A stretch of 64,000 nucleotides of DNA, taken from Coniocarpon cinnabarinum. Taxonomy: Eukaryota. This document shows positions 63,189 through 64,000 of this stretch, piece after piece (position 1 is the first letter of the stretch; each line of letters begins with the position of its first letter). The notes below the pieces were generated by a model that did not search any database, was not told where the DNA came from, and was given only the letters and a program-made list of their open reading frames with translations. A program made the position numbers and the translations under genes. Location: NCBI GenBank assembly GCA_051942205.1, contig JAVECO010000020.1, positions 62,001 to 126,000 of the forward strand, read 5' to 3'.

Positions 63189-64000
63189 GGTTTGCAGAAA
63201 TGTGGTGCAAGATGGAGATACGAAATCGATTGTTGTGCAATTAGTCACAAGCAACGAGAAAAGAATCCGTGCCTGCGACAGCGGCTGATAATTCAACAAG
63301 GCGCAAGTGAGATTGCGAAAGTGCAATCCAAAGACTGTGGGTGTCCTGTCAGGCGGTAATGACGAGTGAGGCACCTACGTGAGGTTCCAAAATCTTACCC
63401 TGCCGTGCCTTCACAATTAAAGCACCATCACACCACCTACCACGGAAGCAAAGCATGGGTTTTCTATAATGTATTTAGTGGATGGCCCCCTTTGCGAATA
63501 GAGTCACTATCCTCACTTAGTGATAGCTTCATATACCTGCCTACCTCGTAAACAGTTGGCTCATTATTCCACCATCTCAATATCCCGTTTCATCCAAGGT
63601 CGACTGCTGCCACGCATGTTGACGCTAAAGCTATACCAGGGGTTTTCCCCGACAAGACGTGAGTCGAGCGTAGCGGCTGATCAGGTTCATTCACCGAGGT
63701 GACTCGTGGCTTACTGGCTCAAGCCGCCCTGTCGATCAATATAATTGCCTGACATTGAAACGTGTCAGCATATGTTGACCTTTGTCGGTTACATTCTCTG
63801 GCCACGTAGAGCACATGGATGGGGTATCGGCACATTGAAGCCGCTGACATGTCGTTCGTTCCCGCCCCTCAAAGGTCTCCTGCTTCTCTAGCTATGAACA
63901 TGGTTATCACAACAACCGTGGAATTCTGAGAGCGCTAACATTGCAGCGACTGACCCGAAATTGAATGAGAAGCACAGGACGCGTCTAACCCACTCTTAAT

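Noticed and set aside
63631..63648. ctataccagg(g)gttttc shared with the reverse strand of about 35371-35386
   Set aside because: A gapped match of about 16 nt is expected by chance in 64 kb, and it does not extend.
63670..63700. CTGATCAGGTT resembling the 3' half of a TPP riboswitch
   Set aside because: No upstream CTGAGA element and no thiamine-related gene context visible.
1..64000. Secondary-metabolite cluster, CRISPR array, intact transposon or defence system
   Set aside because: No PKS/NRPS/terpene backbone gene, repeat-spacer array, or transposase/RT motif was seen, and neighbouring genes are functionally unrelated housekeeping genes.

Overview
Gene-dense eukaryotic DNA from a filamentous ascomycete (Pezizomycotina-like): short GT-AG introns with CTRAC-type branch points, and no operons, CRISPR array, tRNA or rRNA that I could identify. 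About 25 mostly housekeeping genes were reconstructed by hand from the ORF track plus splice signals: RIO2, RPN1, SSP120, MLH1, an EF-hand external NADH dehydrogenase, SWP1/ribophorin II, SPT5, a cytochrome b5/acyl-CoA dehydrogenase, a bZIP factor, an Atg28-like protein, a type I phosphoglycerate dehydrogenase, a rhomboid protease, NTM1, two alpha/beta hydrolases and several hypotheticals. A gene-poor, possibly degenerate tract lies at about 41.4-46.3 kb. The most notable observations are two single-base frameshifts inside otherwise intact genes (MYND gene near 37,750; rhomboid near 61,297), a structured box C/D-like ncRNA candidate at 35.28-35.44 kb, a possible group I intron core relic at the left edge, and repeated sharp C/A-rich to G/T-rich skew switches. 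I found no convincing novel multi-gene system. All homology calls are from motif recognition, not database searches.
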